The position numbers and the translations under genes are program-made. Under the pieces are notes generated by a model. The model was not told the DNA's origin and ran no database searches. It saw only the letters and a program-made list of their open reading frames with translations. This document shows, piece after piece, positions 24,223 through 34,257 of a stretch of DNA of 61,678 nucleotides (its first letter is position 1; every line of letters starts with the position of its first letter). The stretch lies in the IMG/VR virus record IMGVR_UViG_3300029713_000009. One strand, 5' to 3'. Origin of the DNA: a virus.

Positions 24223-24495
24223 TTATAAAACCACTACGCTCTCATCCTCTCTCGCCGCCTCCCACTCGGCGAAATCTCTATCCACAGCGATCAACTTCTT
24301 CACTATCATGGCGAACGCCCGGCTGTCTACATCATGTGCCAAGTAATGCTTCAGAAATCCCAACACGGTATCCAGACAAATCAGTATCGTAAGGAACTTG
24401 ACAAATTCCCAGTCTCCGAACACGTAGCGTTCAAACAGCTCGGCGATCGGAGACAGGGGGATTGAGACGAAGGTTATTAGTTTGAGGTTGCGCAT
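24223..24495 (-). CDS. Holin-like small membrane protein
   Basis: 90 aa; ..WEFVKFLTILICLDTVLGFLKHYLAHDVDSRAF.. resembles phage holin families. Confidence 0.45.
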   Translation of the reverse strand: MRNLKLITFVSIPLSPIAELFERYVFGDWEFVKFLTILICLDTVLGFLKHYLAHDVDSRAFAMIVKKLIAVDRDFAEWEAAREDESVVVL

Positions 24496-24500
24496 AAATA

Positions 24501-27500
24501 TTAATAATTGATTTTTTTAGTAGTAATATCAATAAGATTAGATGTATTAGTTTTTATTAGTATATCTCCATCTAGATCAATGCCATCAGATGTAAATTTA
24601 TGCTTTCCCTCAGATATAATAAGAGGGTTAATGAATTTTCTTGTTTTATCAAGAAAGCCTGTTAAACATTCTCCATTACGGAAATATCCTGTTGTCCAAT
24701 GGCCAGCAGCTTGAGAAGAAGTAACGAATTCTTTATGAAGAATTTCCCATGTTAATCCCATGTCTTTACTAACAAGAATAGAGCAATGTTGTGGTCTTAT
24801 TGCGTCTTCTGGATAAAAATTCACAACACTATCATGATAATTTTGCCAATCTCTAACCGTATTAGCAGATTGAGTATCTTTCCAATTTTGAAGAACTTCG
24901 CTATCCGATATAGCTTCAATAGGAGGAAAATAACTCAAAGCATTAACTGAACTATCTATCTTAGTAAATGCGTATATATTATCAGTTACATCAGATTGTC
25001 TAATGGCAAATACTGTATTAGCCCATATCCTTGATACTTTCCTATGTGTTTTATCATCAGAATAAATTAAATCTATATCACAATGGAAAGGACCATCACT
25101 ACCAACAAGAATTCCATATGGCGTTGCTAACATTGCTGAGCCTTTAACTGTTAATGTTATATTCAAATCTATCCAAGTATTTCCACCATCAACAGATTTA
25201 AAAATAGTATTAACTTCTCCAACAATAACGTATAATGAGCGATTATACTTATTGAATATAATAGAGTGTATATGTCTACCATTAGATGTATATCCACTGT
25301 CATTAAAATTAATAATGTGTTTCCATGTATCTCCACCATCTGTAGACTTATATATCGAAGGATTTTCATGACTTAATGAATATACTCCTGCATATAAGTT
25401 TCCTTTATCATCTTCACAAAAAGTCCATACGGTATCTCTATTATCTTCTGATTCTGTAGGTATATCAGAATTCGGATTGTACAATTTAAGAACTTGTTTA
25501 AAAGACGAGTCTCCATATTTTAGCTTATAAACCCCTCTTTCAGAAGAAGATATGTTACTATAAGAATCGTATGGAGATATGAATACATTTAATTTCGAAT
25601 CCATATAAACTCCTCTCCAATCAGTAGCACCAGATATATTAAGAAGTTCCGTTTCACCATCGTATCCTATTTTAACAACTTTCCCCCCACTTCTTGTAGC
25701 AATAATTTCTCCATTAGGGTACATTACAGCATTCACTATATAATTATCTGAACTTTTAGTATCTCCTTGATATACTAAAACTCCTTCTTTGGCTTCATAA
25801 GCAATAGGAACACCTGTTACATTCTCTTTAAAATAAACATTAACATTAGAAGTATTATCATTGCTACTTTTAAATAAATATTTCCTACAAGTGTTTCTTA
25901 CACTATTTGTAAAACTTATAGCAATATAACAATCTTCTATAGCTGTATATGTAAATTTTCCGAAAGCACCATTCCCCGCAGCAACAGATTTATAAAATGT
26001 ACCATTTTCATCAGTAATTGATATGATAGAATGAACATTGCTTCCACCTGCATTAACTATAATCGTTTCCCCTTTTAATAATTTTATAGGAAAAGAATAA
26101 GATACATCAGAAGTGCTTGATTTATAAACATTCCCATTTATGTTAATATAATAACCTTCAGTTAGACTTAAACTTATATCTTCTATTAGATCTCCAATAC
26201 GAGATTCTGCATTGTAATTTTTCAAAAAATCATACAATAGTCCGCCTTTTAAAGAAATACCATCTCGATATAACAATATGATTTTACCGTTTTCATAGAA
26301 AGATCCATCACTGTATTTTGATTTTTGAATAGTTACTAAATTATCTGTAGTTCCTTTATACGGAGCGTCATTTAAATCAACAAAAATAGCTTCAAAATCA
26401 TTTAACGTAATTTCCAATCCATTTTCATCAGCAATATAAAAATTTTTTTCATCATTAAATATTCTAATAGTTCCAAAAGTTTTAACATAAGATTGAGTTG
26501 AACTTTCTTTGATAATATTGGCAGACTGTTGTGTTATTATATAATTATAAACAAAATCTTTAGATTGAGCATTTACTAATAAGCCATTAACAACCTTATG
26601 ATTATCTCTATAAGCTAAAACTATTTTATTTTCTAAAGAATCTAAATGTTCATAAAAGTCAATTTTAATTTCTTGCAAATTATCCATCTTTCCAGAATAA
26701 TTAGCTGGTATATCAGAAATATCCACATAAGCTATTTGAAAATCATTCAAGGTAATTCTTTTTAAGCCTTCAGAATTAATATAAAAACTTCTATTATTTC
26801 CAACGAATAATCTCACTACTCCATACATATCCACATTAGAAGAATCAATAAGATTAACAATACCAATTTTATGTTTAGTTATTAAAAAACTATTTTGGTT
26901 GAAATTTTCTTTTTGTTCTTTTAAACGAATATGATTATATATACAACCTCCAGAGACATTTGTTTTATTACGATAAAATAGTACTAATATATCTGGAGTA
27001 AATATAAAAGATCTATCTGTATAATTAGATTTTTGTATAGGTATAGGTTTATCTTGGTCATTTCTAAAATTCTTAGGATATAAAGATAAATCTATATAAA
27101 GAGCTTCAAAATCATTTAATTCGTAAGTTATATCACTATCCCCCACGATATATAAAATTCTATTTTGACTCAAAGCTATTCTGCAATGTTTGGATAATTT
27201 AATAGTCGATTTATCAATTCCATCCGTTATATGCGCATTAGAGTAAGTAACAAATACTTCTTGATAACAATTATTTATAATATTAGTCACCTCCCCCCTC
27301 AAGCTCGTCTCCCTCGCGTCCGTGTCAATCCACGGTTTCGAGGAATGGGCTTGCGTAAACTCATATATACGCCCATCCTTTCTCACGATATCTCCCGCAT
27401 TGTACACTCCTTTATCGGAGAATTCTGGGAACTCGTCTATACCGGTAGCCATGTTTGTAGAATAAGTATCCTTTATCACGTTTCCCTTGTCATCCTTCAC

Positions 27501-27710
27501 CGCTTGTATCGCCATGTCAGCTGAGGTCTTAGGAGTCTCATAATTTACTTGGGATGACTGATCTCCCAAATGGACAGCGTCACCATCCACCTCTCCTATT
27601 CCCTCTGATACATTTTTAAAATTACTGTTGATCTTATCGACCATCTGCGCCCCGTTATCCGGAGTCTGACCATTTCTATTATCTTTGATGGGTTGTATCG
27701 TTATAGCCAT
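24501..27710 (-). CDS. Tail fibre / tailspike 1 with BNR (sialidase-like) beta-propeller
   Basis: Asp-boxes STDGGDTW, SVDGGNTW, SKDMGLTW; N-terminal YEFT..H....WI.TDARETSLRGEV shared with fibre 2; three ~120-aa internal repeats. Confidence 0.65.
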   Translation of the reverse strand: MAITIQPIKDNRNGQTPDNGAQMVDKINSNFKNVSEGIGEVDGDAVHLGDQSSQVNYETPKTSADMAIQAVKDDKGNVIKDTYSTNMATGIDEFPEFSDKGVYNAGDIVRKDGRIYEFTQAHSSKPWIDTDARETSLRGEVTNIINNCYQEVFVTYSNAHITDGIDKSTIKLSKHCRIALSQNRILYIVGDSDITYELNDFEALYIDLSLYPKNFRNDQDKPIPIQKSNYTDRSFIFTPDILVLFYRNKTNVSGGCIYNHIRLKEQKENFNQNSFLITKHKIGIVNLIDSSNVDMYGVVRLFVGNNRSFYINSEGLKRITLNDFQIAYVDISDIPANYSGKMDNLQEIKIDFYEHLDSLENKIVLAYRDNHKVVNGLLVNAQSKDFVYNYIITQQSANIIKESSTQSYVKTFGTIRIFNDEKNFYIADENGLEITLNDFEAIFVDLNDAPYKGTTDNLVTIQKSKYSDGSFYENGKIILLYRDGISLKGGLLYDFLKNYNAESRIGDLIEDISLSLTEGYYININGNVYKSSTSDVSYSFPIKLLKGETIIVNAGGSNVHSIISITDENGTFYKSVAAGNGAFGKFTYTAIEDCYIAISFTNSVRNTCRKYLFKSSNDNTSNVNVYFKENVTGVPIAYEAKEGVLVYQGDTKSSDNYIVNAVMYPNGEIIATRSGGKVVKIGYDGETELLNISGATDWRGVYMDSKLNVFISPYDSYSNISSSERGVYKLKYGDSSFKQVLKLYNPNSDIPTESEDNRDTVWTFCEDDKGNLYAGVYSLSHENPSIYKSTDGGDTWKHIINFNDSGYTSNGRHIHSIIFNKYNRSLYVIVGEVNTIFKSVDGGNTWIDLNITLTVKGSAMLATPYGILVGSDGPFHCDIDLIYSDDKTHRKVSRIWANTVFAIRQSDVTDNIYAFTKIDSSVNALSYFPPIEAISDSEVLQNWKDTQSANTVRDWQNYHDSVVNFYPEDAIRPQHCSILVSKDMGLTWEILHKEFVTSSQAAGHWTTGYFRNGECLTGFLDKTRKFINPLIISEGKHKFTSDGIDLDGDILIKTNTSNLIDITTKKINY
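27288..27334. repeat. 47-nt island shared by the two fibre genes, copy 1
   Basis: 46/47 identical to 47525-47571. Confidence 0.9.
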
Positions 27711-27736
27711 ACATCTATTTTTTTTATCGTTTTTTA

Positions 27737-28216
27737 TTATTTTCCTCCGCTCTCAGGCAACATTCCTATTATCTCATCCCTTAAGCTATCCAAATCAGAT
27801 TTAGTAGCGTATCCGCTAAGATCTGAAGACGTTAGGAAACCGCTGACATCCGGAATTTCCGACCTGACATCGTTTATAGAATCGCTTAACTGGGTCTTCG
27901 TGACGAAAAGCTCTATGGACTTACTGACAGAGAAGACCTTCGTATCGCTAGGCTCATAGATCTCACCTCCCTTTACGACATCCCTCTTGTACATGAACAG
28001 GAAATCGGCTAGGTAAGAGCTGAACACATGTTCCTCATCTATATAATACCTGTCCTTATTGGACATCACGTTCCCTTTCCTAAAAAAATACTTATCCGTA
28101 GAGGCGGATGAGTATACAGTATAGTCCGATCCCATCTTGTCATCCGTAACGCTAACCGTAAGCACGTCCGGTATCCTAGGTCTTATCCCTCTTCTCGTAG
28201 AAGCGTTATTTCCCAT
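27737..28216 (-). CDS. Tail-fibre-associated protein
   Basis: 159-aa ORF directly upstream of fibre 1; C-terminal S/D/L-rich repeats. Confidence 0.5.
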   Translation of the reverse strand: MGNNASTRRGIRPRIPDVLTVSVTDDKMGSDYTVYSSASTDKYFFRKGNVMSNKDRYYIDEEHVFSSYLADFLFMYKRDVVKGGEIYEPSDTKVFSVSKSIELFVTKTQLSDSINDVRSEIPDVSGFLTSSDLSGYATKSDLDSLRDEIIGMLPESGGK

Positions 28217-28219
28217 AAA

Positions 28220-29083
28220 TCAATCCTCCCATGATAAATCTTCGTTAGTAAGCACATATCCGTTAGCGTCCACGAAATCGTCACGCAGGAACCATAGATT
28301 GGGAGAATCCGCATAGTCTTCTTCTTCGTATGGGGATCTCTCCAACTTGACCGTATAGATATATTGTGGTGAGCCCTCCAATACTACTTGTTGCTCTGGA
28401 ACGCTGGACTCGCTCCTCACGTATCTCTCCCCGTTTATCTCCACATGGCCTAGGCATAGGATATTGTTCAGCAATCTCCCCATCTCGAACGGGACTCCCC
28501 TATTATCCCCAAGGGTAAAAGTCATGTCATCGTACGGAACGCTATATAGCTCTATGAGTTTCTGGTTTTGAGTACGAAAGAACTCGTTACTCACATGCAA
28601 TGACCTACCATCCGTCTTGAAACCTCCCTCTACGGCTAAGGTAAATACTCTCTTGCGATCATCCCCCGCATCGAATATGGCCTTGAACGGAACGATATTA
28701 TCAGGATGGGTATATCTTATCAAGGAGCATTCGGCAAACTCGTCAATGTCACATTTACGGAACACGACACTCTCCAAGGATTGGTACCCCGTCATTATCA
28801 CGGCCTTGTAAATACCGTTGTCAAGATCCATCGTTATCATGAACTCATATAAATAGGAAGTATTGTTTATCTTGATCTTGGAGGGATTCACCCGTATATA
28901 TTGCCCCGTGGAGAGATCGTATATTCGCATATAGCAGCTCACGTTACCCATCAGGCATTGCACGATGATAGGATCGTTATCCCACCCAATCCTCTGGATA
29001 TACTCCACCGGTCTCTCCACGGACGGGGAACTCACGTCAAAAAGGAGAGGGCAAACCTCGCTAATGCAATCTTTCAACCTCAT
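28220..29083 (-). CDS. Tail / baseplate protein (by position)
   Basis: 287 aa from ATG 29083; the track start at 29158 is a TTG inside the leader hairpin. Confidence 0.55.
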   Translation of the reverse strand: MRLKDCISEVCPLLFDVSSPSVERPVEYIQRIGWDNDPIIVQCLMGNVSCYMRIYDLSTGQYIRVNPSKIKINNTSYLYEFMITMDLDNGIYKAVIMTGYQSLESVVFRKCDIDEFAECSLIRYTHPDNIVPFKAIFDAGDDRKRVFTLAVEGGFKTDGRSLHVSNEFFRTQNQKLIELYSVPYDDMTFTLGDNRGVPFEMGRLLNNILCLGHVEINGERYVRSESSVPEQQVVLEGSPQYIYTVKLERSPYEEEDYADSPNLWFLRDDFVDANGYVLTNEDLSWED

Positions 29084-29090
29084 ATACGCA

Positions 29091-29163
29091 TATAAATAAA
29101 AAGAGCCGCGCCCAAAGGATACGACTCCTCCGGGAACGGCTCTTAGGCTCTGAGACAAAAGTA
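29091..29163 (-). promoter_or_regulatory. Promoter-hairpin-U-tract cassette d
   Basis: Minus strand TACTTTTG-TCTC-AGAGCCTAAG-AGAGCCGTTCCC..GGGCGCGGCTCT-TTTTATTTAT, then ATG. Confidence 0.6.
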
Positions 29164-29189
29164 AGTATTATTTTTTTATAATCAAACGG

Positions 29190-31121
29190 TTATGTTATGT
29201 TTTTAAGGAGCAACTCATAATCTACCGTCTGACCTTTCCCGATACGCTCGGTTATATCGGACACGTATCCCACGTACGTCTTACCGGAAAAGGAGCATGA
29301 TATCCGTCCCTTATAGTTACCCGGGAACGGGGATAACCCAATGGTAGACACCTTTATCTTATCGGATCTCAACAACCTATCACTATCTTCTATGGTAATC
29401 CCTCCACGTTCGGATATGCCTTTTATGGATACATCGGCATTGCCCTCCGAGGACGTGAACATCAAACCGCTAGCGGACATACCGACGTATCCCTTGTTGG
29501 CCATCAGCATATTCCTTGGGGAATAGGCGGCGTTGAACATGGTATCGGGGAATAGAACGCCGGTTATGGGATATGATGGCTCAACGATCATTGTACGAGG
29601 GGTTAATCCACCACTTCCAAAGACGGCATCCACAATAAACACGTCATTGTCCGAATCAGTGTCCTTCGTCTCCTCATTCCTCTCAGTCACGAGGAACTCT
29701 ATGCCATAAGGATCGGCACGATAAGGGCTTATCAACTTCAAGACATTGTCCGTGGCCTTTATCCCCGTGCTGAATGAGTTCGTGAAATGAAACTCGTCAC
29801 GCCCGTTTATCTCGTCATATTCCTGTTTGTCGTAACCCACTTCCACGCCGCTATAGACTACCGAACTATCTATCGTATGAGTCATGGAGTTTATCTCCGT
29901 CAATGGCAACGGATCGGTCACGGAATCATAAAAATCGCCTAGAGGCTTAAATATAACCTTTCTGTTGACATCATCTATCTCCCAGTCATAGCCTAACACG
30001 GCCTTGGCGAACTCCGTGAACTTAGAGAATGACGTATGTATCTTTGCGTCCTTGATCCCACGTATGCTCTCAGCCGCCATGATATAGGGGATCGGAATAT
30101 TCCCGGTCTTTATTTCCCCGGTATAATCCTTAAGCCCCATGTTCGCTAATATCTTAGTCAACAGGGTAGAGGTTTTAACAACATCGATAGAAACCGACTC
30201 GCCTTTATCAATGTATGTGACACTGATATCTTTCACGTTAGACACCTCCGCTTTCATCGTGTCCAACGTAGCGGCATCAATAAATAATTTCAAGCGATAT
30301 CCTTGTTTTAACTCTATATCCTTGTCAATTCTAACTTCCTGTTTTTCCCCGATAAAACCTAGACCCGCTATATTCTCTTTACTGATTGTCACGTTATCCT
30401 TGTCTGTCAACCATAGATATAACCCCGGAGATACAGCATCCGGGGCTGATAACGGGGTTATATCAAAATTCAATACTAATCTAACCGTGATATTCGTTAA
30501 CGACTCCACGAATGGCAATATGCTTTCTGAGGCTTCATGGTACGTGCCGATATCATATTGTACCAATCTACCGGGAATCGGGAAATTAACGTCATTGTAA
30601 ACCATAGGGAACTCATGGTTTCCGAAATATTCGATAGGATATACACCGGTTTCTGTCTGTTCGTCCGTAGGATTGACGCTCCAAGACACCCTATTATTCA
30701 AGTACATCCTTTCATATGTCATTTTCACCTGTGGCATGTCGCTTACCGCTATGTCAAAAGTCTGCGATTTCTGGGAGTTGATAATGGAATAGGTATCATC
30801 ATCGATCGCACTCAAGGTAAGCGTATGCCCATCGTCACTATAGCTCATAAAGTCCAAAGAACAACGATACGCCTCTTTGTACGTAAGATCGTTAATTTGC
30901 CGATATATCACTATCTTTGCGGAAGATTCAATATACTTGGATAGGTATAAATCCGTCAAAAGATCGTAAGCTCCTTTTACGAACTCGAACTTCTTGGCAA
31001 ACTTACGATATATCCCACCAAAATCCTTTCGAGTAAAAGACAACTCGATATCATCCCAATTCTTTAGATCATTGGTTATATCCGTCTCCTTACTGTCTAT
31101 TATCAAAGAAATCTTTATCAT
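29190..31121 (-). CDS. Large tail protein (distal tail / baseplate, by position)
   Basis: 643-aa ORF; first structural gene after the island that follows the tape measure. Confidence 0.55.
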   Translation of the reverse strand: MIKISLIIDSKETDITNDLKNWDDIELSFTRKDFGGIYRKFAKKFEFVKGAYDLLTDLYLSKYIESSAKIVIYRQINDLTYKEAYRCSLDFMSYSDDGHTLTLSAIDDDTYSIINSQKSQTFDIAVSDMPQVKMTYERMYLNNRVSWSVNPTDEQTETGVYPIEYFGNHEFPMVYNDVNFPIPGRLVQYDIGTYHEASESILPFVESLTNITVRLVLNFDITPLSAPDAVSPGLYLWLTDKDNVTISKENIAGLGFIGEKQEVRIDKDIELKQGYRLKLFIDAATLDTMKAEVSNVKDISVTYIDKGESVSIDVVKTSTLLTKILANMGLKDYTGEIKTGNIPIPYIMAAESIRGIKDAKIHTSFSKFTEFAKAVLGYDWEIDDVNRKVIFKPLGDFYDSVTDPLPLTEINSMTHTIDSSVVYSGVEVGYDKQEYDEINGRDEFHFTNSFSTGIKATDNVLKLISPYRADPYGIEFLVTERNEETKDTDSDNDVFIVDAVFGSGGLTPRTMIVEPSYPITGVLFPDTMFNAAYSPRNMLMANKGYVGMSASGLMFTSSEGNADVSIKGISERGGITIEDSDRLLRSDKIKVSTIGLSPFPGNYKGRISCSFSGKTYVGYVSDITERIGKGQTVDYELLLKNIT

Positions 31122-31196
31122 AAGCGTATAAATAACAAGAGCCGTCCGAGGACAAATACGTCTCCGGTACGGCTCTTTGGCTCTGTCACAAAGATA
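31122..31196 (-). promoter_or_regulatory. Promoter-hairpin-U-tract cassette e
   Basis: Minus strand TATCTTTG-TGAC-AGAGCCAAAG-AGAGCCGTACCGGAGAC-GTATTT-GTCCTCGGACGGCTCT-TGTTATTTAT, then ATG 31121. Confidence 0.6.
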
Positions 31197-31218
31197 ATGA
31201 CTATTAAGATAATATCAA

Positions 31219-31521
31219 CTACTTGATCGTCTTATATTTCTCAATCACCCGCAAGAAATCCCTCACGCATGACACGGCCCTCATCTTGTCCATGATATAC
31301 CCGTCCTCGTAATTACCCTCGCAACTCAAATTGATAAGCGTATCTATCATATCGTCCATATCCTTAGAGAACAGGCAAGTGGACATACTCTTTATCTCTC
31401 TCATCATTTCCGGGGTTATGGTCAAGTTCCCTATTACCAACTCATGCGCATGATCAACCTTGATCTCGTTACCGTCGGCTTTCACGACGATGCTTTTAAT
31501 CTCATTCTCTTTCATATTCAA
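31219..31521 (-). CDS. Hypothetical protein
   Basis: 100-aa ORF. Confidence 0.5.
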   Translation of the reverse strand: MNMKENEIKSIVVKADGNEIKVDHAHELVIGNLTITPEMMREIKSMSTCLFSKDMDDMIDTLINLSCEGNYEDGYIMDKMRAVSCVRDFLRVIEKYKTIK

Positions 31522-31619
31522 TCAATCTTTTAATATTTCACAATTATTTTCAAGTCACAAAATGTTAAAGTATTGGCCGTACGCCTTTATATCGTACCTC
31601 AATAATATATGTGTATCAA

Positions 31620-32501
31620 TTAGTTTCTGTCTGATCTCTCGATCAATGGAAGAATGCCGTTTCGTTTTAGCTCCTCATATAAGAACAAGCGTCCTTTCTG
31701 AGTCCATTCGGTATTAAGGCTCACGTCCGGGCTGCCGTTGGAATGAGTGTAGTTGTGAGTGGCACTATGGACATAGCCCTTACCTAAATACTCCCCGTAC
31801 AATATCCATTGCCCGTTGACCTTTCGTTGTATGCGGAGATCACGCAACAAGGCGTTGAATCTTATGGCTGTCATTCCATAATCCTGCGCTATCTGGGTGA
31901 CAAGAACGGTCTTCTTGCTCTGGAGGATAAAACGGGCATACTCGCTTTGATGCTGTAGTTCCACGTTCTCCGCTCTCAACTCCGTTATCTCCTCATCCTT
32001 TTGCTCTAGCCTCTTCTGCTGCTCCTCTATTCGCATCTGTTGCTGTGCGGCTAACATCAGTGCTTCCCCGTAGGATTGAGGCACTGGGTATTGGTGTTGA
32101 ATGTGGTAACTTCCTGTTTTGCGAATGGTTGGTAGAACATCTTTTGTAACCCAATTTTTATAAGATTTAGCGTCTGGTCTTTTGCTTGATAGAATTAAGG
32201 CATAAAGGCCGCTTTCATTAACGTAAGTCATTGATTGCAATCCTCCTTTTGTAAGGGTGTCACGTTTCGTTACATCCTCTATATCGACATGATCTTGTAC
32301 CGCTTTTCTTCCATTTGAGTAACCGAGTTGATTACATACATCAGATGCGCAGAAAAGCGGATTCCCGTTTTCGTCTGTTATAACACGGATATCCCCAAAC
32401 AATGGAGAGTTGAATACTTGAACTTCGCTCGTTTCGTTAGCGTACGCTATTTTTACGGTACTATTATTCCCGTTCAAATAGATTTCATTTGGTTGTAGCA
32501 T
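31620..32501 (-). CDS. Bro-N / KilAC-type antirepressor-like protein
   Basis: Bro-N pattern ..[29 protein letters not shown].. and C-terminal ..[22 protein letters not shown].. Confidence 0.75.
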   Translation of the reverse strand: MLQPNEIYLNGNNSTVKIAYANETSEVQVFNSPLFGDIRVITDENGNPLFCASDVCNQLGYSNGRKAVQDHVDIEDVTKRDTLTKGGLQSMTYVNESGLYALILSSKRPDAKSYKNWVTKDVLPTIRKTGSYHIQHQYPVPQSYGEALMLAAQQQMRIEEQQKRLEQKDEEITELRAENVELQHQSEYARFILQSKKTVLVTQIAQDYGMTAIRFNALLRDLRIQRKVNGQWILYGEYLGKGYVHSATHNYTHSNGSPDVSLNTEWTQKGRLFLYEELKRNGILPLIERSDRN

Positions 32502-32777
32502 GAAATGAAATTATTTGATATTAAATGAAAAAGCAGGCAAATATCCAAGTCTGCTACAACCTACCATTGCCATTGGGCGATGATACACGGATATTGCCTG
32601 CTTATATATTTTTATATAAGTTCCCTTATGGGCATAAAAAATCCCACTGGCTTTATTAATAGTAAGTTGTAGCACCACAAAGGTGAGAACTATTTTCAAC
32701 ATATGCAAATCAAAAATCATATTTTTATCAATTTATTTAGTATTCAATTTTTTTGTAATTTTGAACGCTTCATATTC

Positions 32778-32825
32778 TTAAAAAATATCCCCGTTAGCGG
32801 CTCAGTCACTTCCGCTTTCGGGGAT
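32778..32825 (-). terminator. Intrinsic terminator
   Basis: Minus strand ATCCCCGAAAGCGG-AAGTGACTGAG-CCGCTAACGGGGAT followed by ATTTTTT. Confidence 0.7.
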
Positions 32826-32925
32826 TTACCTTGACTGATTGTAGCGGTCTGGGAATCGAACCCCGGCAAGGCCATTCTTCTAATCCCTTAACCACCTACT
32901 TCCGATCCTCTCCCCATCGTTCGAG

Positions 32926-33186
32926 TTATCCCGCAAGCCTTACGCAAGTCATGTCGCTTATCACGCTCATAAACCTATCGTAGGTCTTTTTATTCCATTC
33001 CTTGTGATCCGGCATCCAGTCATTGAATATCTCCATGTAGACCACCTCGTGAGACCTGTCTTGTACGGTGACGCATAAACCGCCCGTCTCCGGCATTACG
33101 CCTACGTTTATATGTACCGGTTTCTTTCCGATCATACACTCCAACGCAATCCTTTGTACGTTCTTCAATACCTCTATCGTTTCCAT
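32926..33186 (-). CDS. Hypothetical protein
   Basis: 86-aa ORF. Confidence 0.5.
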   Translation of the reverse strand: METIEVLKNVQRIALECMIGKKPVHINVGVMPETGGLCVTVQDRSHEVVYMEIFNDWMPDHKEWNKKTYDRFMSVISDMTCVRLAG

Positions 33187-33212
33187 ATCCTTATATTATT
33201 AATGTATAGTTA

Positions 33213-33476
33213 TCAATCACCCGAATAAACCCTGTTACCGTAAAGGCTAGCCATACCGACATGAGATAAGACAACATGCTTGCGATACTCGATGCGTCTA
33301 GCTTCTTCCTCTGCCAATCTCTTGGCCTTGGCCTCATTATTTTTTATCTCTATCTTGGCATTATCCCATGCTATAGAAAGGCACTTGCCAAAAGACCAAG
33401 AGAATTTTCGGTAAAGTCTGAATAATCTCCATGCGTCTTTCATGATCTCACTCTTGTTATATTTCTGTGTTGCCAT
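33213..33476 (-). CDS. Hypothetical protein
   Basis: 87-aa ORF; divergent from the XRE gene. Confidence 0.5.
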   Translation of the reverse strand: MATQKYNKSEIMKDAWRLFRLYRKFSWSFGKCLSIAWDNAKIEIKNNEAKAKRLAEEEARRIEYRKHVVLSHVGMASLYGNRVYSGD

Positions 33477-33502
33477 TGTACTGTTGTTTTATTTTGATGA
33501 TG

Positions 33503-33626
33503 CAAATATAATGCAATACTTTATATGCAACAATGATCAAATAAAGAATTACATTGCATTTAACACTATTTAGTAATGTTATTCTTTATACAATAGCTGC
33601 AAATAAAAAGAATCGCATTATATTTG
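33503..33626. promoter_or_regulatory. Divergent promoter pair with shared GCATTATATTTGC element
   Basis: TATATTTG on the - strand at 33503-33510 and on the + strand at 33619-33626; several ATTGCA/TGCAAT repeats between them. Confidence 0.5.
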
Positions 33627-33653
33627 CGGTGTAATCATATAAAGTATTGGCTT

Positions 33654-33920
33654 ATGGAAAATAGAATTAAAGACATTCTTTCAGAAAAAGGATTGACAGC
33701 TAAAGAATTATCATCTGTTATAGGTTTGTCAAGTGTAAGTTTGTATAATATCATCAATGGAAAACAGGAAGCATCAGCAAATACACTGAATGCGATTGCC
33801 ACAGCCTTAAACGTTCCTTTTTGGCAATTGTTTGTTTCCCCTTCCGAAGTGCAAAAAGAGATTGATGGTGGGTATAAGTGCCCTAATTGCGGACATCCAT
33901 TGAAGATAAAGGTGGAATGA
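33654..33920 (+). CDS. XRE-family HTH regulator with C-terminal zinc ribbon
   Basis: ..LTAKELSSVIGLSSVSLYNIINGKQEAS.. plus CPNCGH; ATG 33654 preferred over the track start 33624. Confidence 0.7.
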   Translation: MENRIKDILSEKGLTAKELSSVIGLSSVSLYNIINGKQEASANTLNAIATALNVPFWQLFVSPSEVQKEIDGGYKCPNCGHPLKIKVE

Positions 33921-34014
33921 TGTTATCTTCAATGATCTCAAAATAAAAATCATGAAAGTTTGTTTTCTGCATACAATGCACTACCTTTGCGATACAATAT
34001 AATACAGAAGTAAT

Positions 34015-34257
34015 ATGGAAGCAGTAATAAGAAAACAAACCTCGTTCCGTTTACGTGAAGACTTGTTGCAAGTCTTGCAGGAGCAAGCCAAGAAAGCGAA
34101 CAGGAGTTTGAATAATTTTGTAGAGAGCACCTTGATGGACGCTGTATACTCCGAGCCAAACGAGGAAACGATAGCGGCTATAAGGGAAGCACGCACGACC
34201 AAGAATAAAGAAACGTTCGACAGCGTGGATAGCTTGATGGAGGAATTAATGAAGTGA
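34015..34257 (+). CDS. RHH / RelB-DinJ-like antitoxin
   Basis: ..TSFRLREDLLQVLQEQAKKANRSLNNFVESTL..; ATGA-type overlap with the toxin gene. Confidence 0.65.
   Translation: MEAVIRKQTSFRLREDLLQVLQEQAKKANRSLNNFVESTLMDAVYSEPNEETIAAIREARTTKNKETFDSVDSLMEELMK

Noticed and set aside
28220-29158. Longer N-termini given by the ORF track for 28220-29158, 42265-42897 and 52561-53541.
   Set aside because: The extra codons are the 3' arm and U-tract of the conserved leader hairpins (for example ..RAVPGGVVSFGRGSFYLYAY.., MWLFLFMIKANF, MALFIYTD). Clean ATG starts follow at 29083, 42861 and 53517.
32826-32925. T-arm-like sequence on the - strand (GCCGGGGTTCGATTCCCAGACCGCTAC), suggesting a tRNA gene.
   Set aside because: The T-stem has a mismatch, no complementary 5' acceptor strand (TAGCGGT) exists upstream, and no anticodon or D arm can be drawn. 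At most it is a decayed tRNA fragment lying just upstream of a genuine terminator in the - strand transcription direction.
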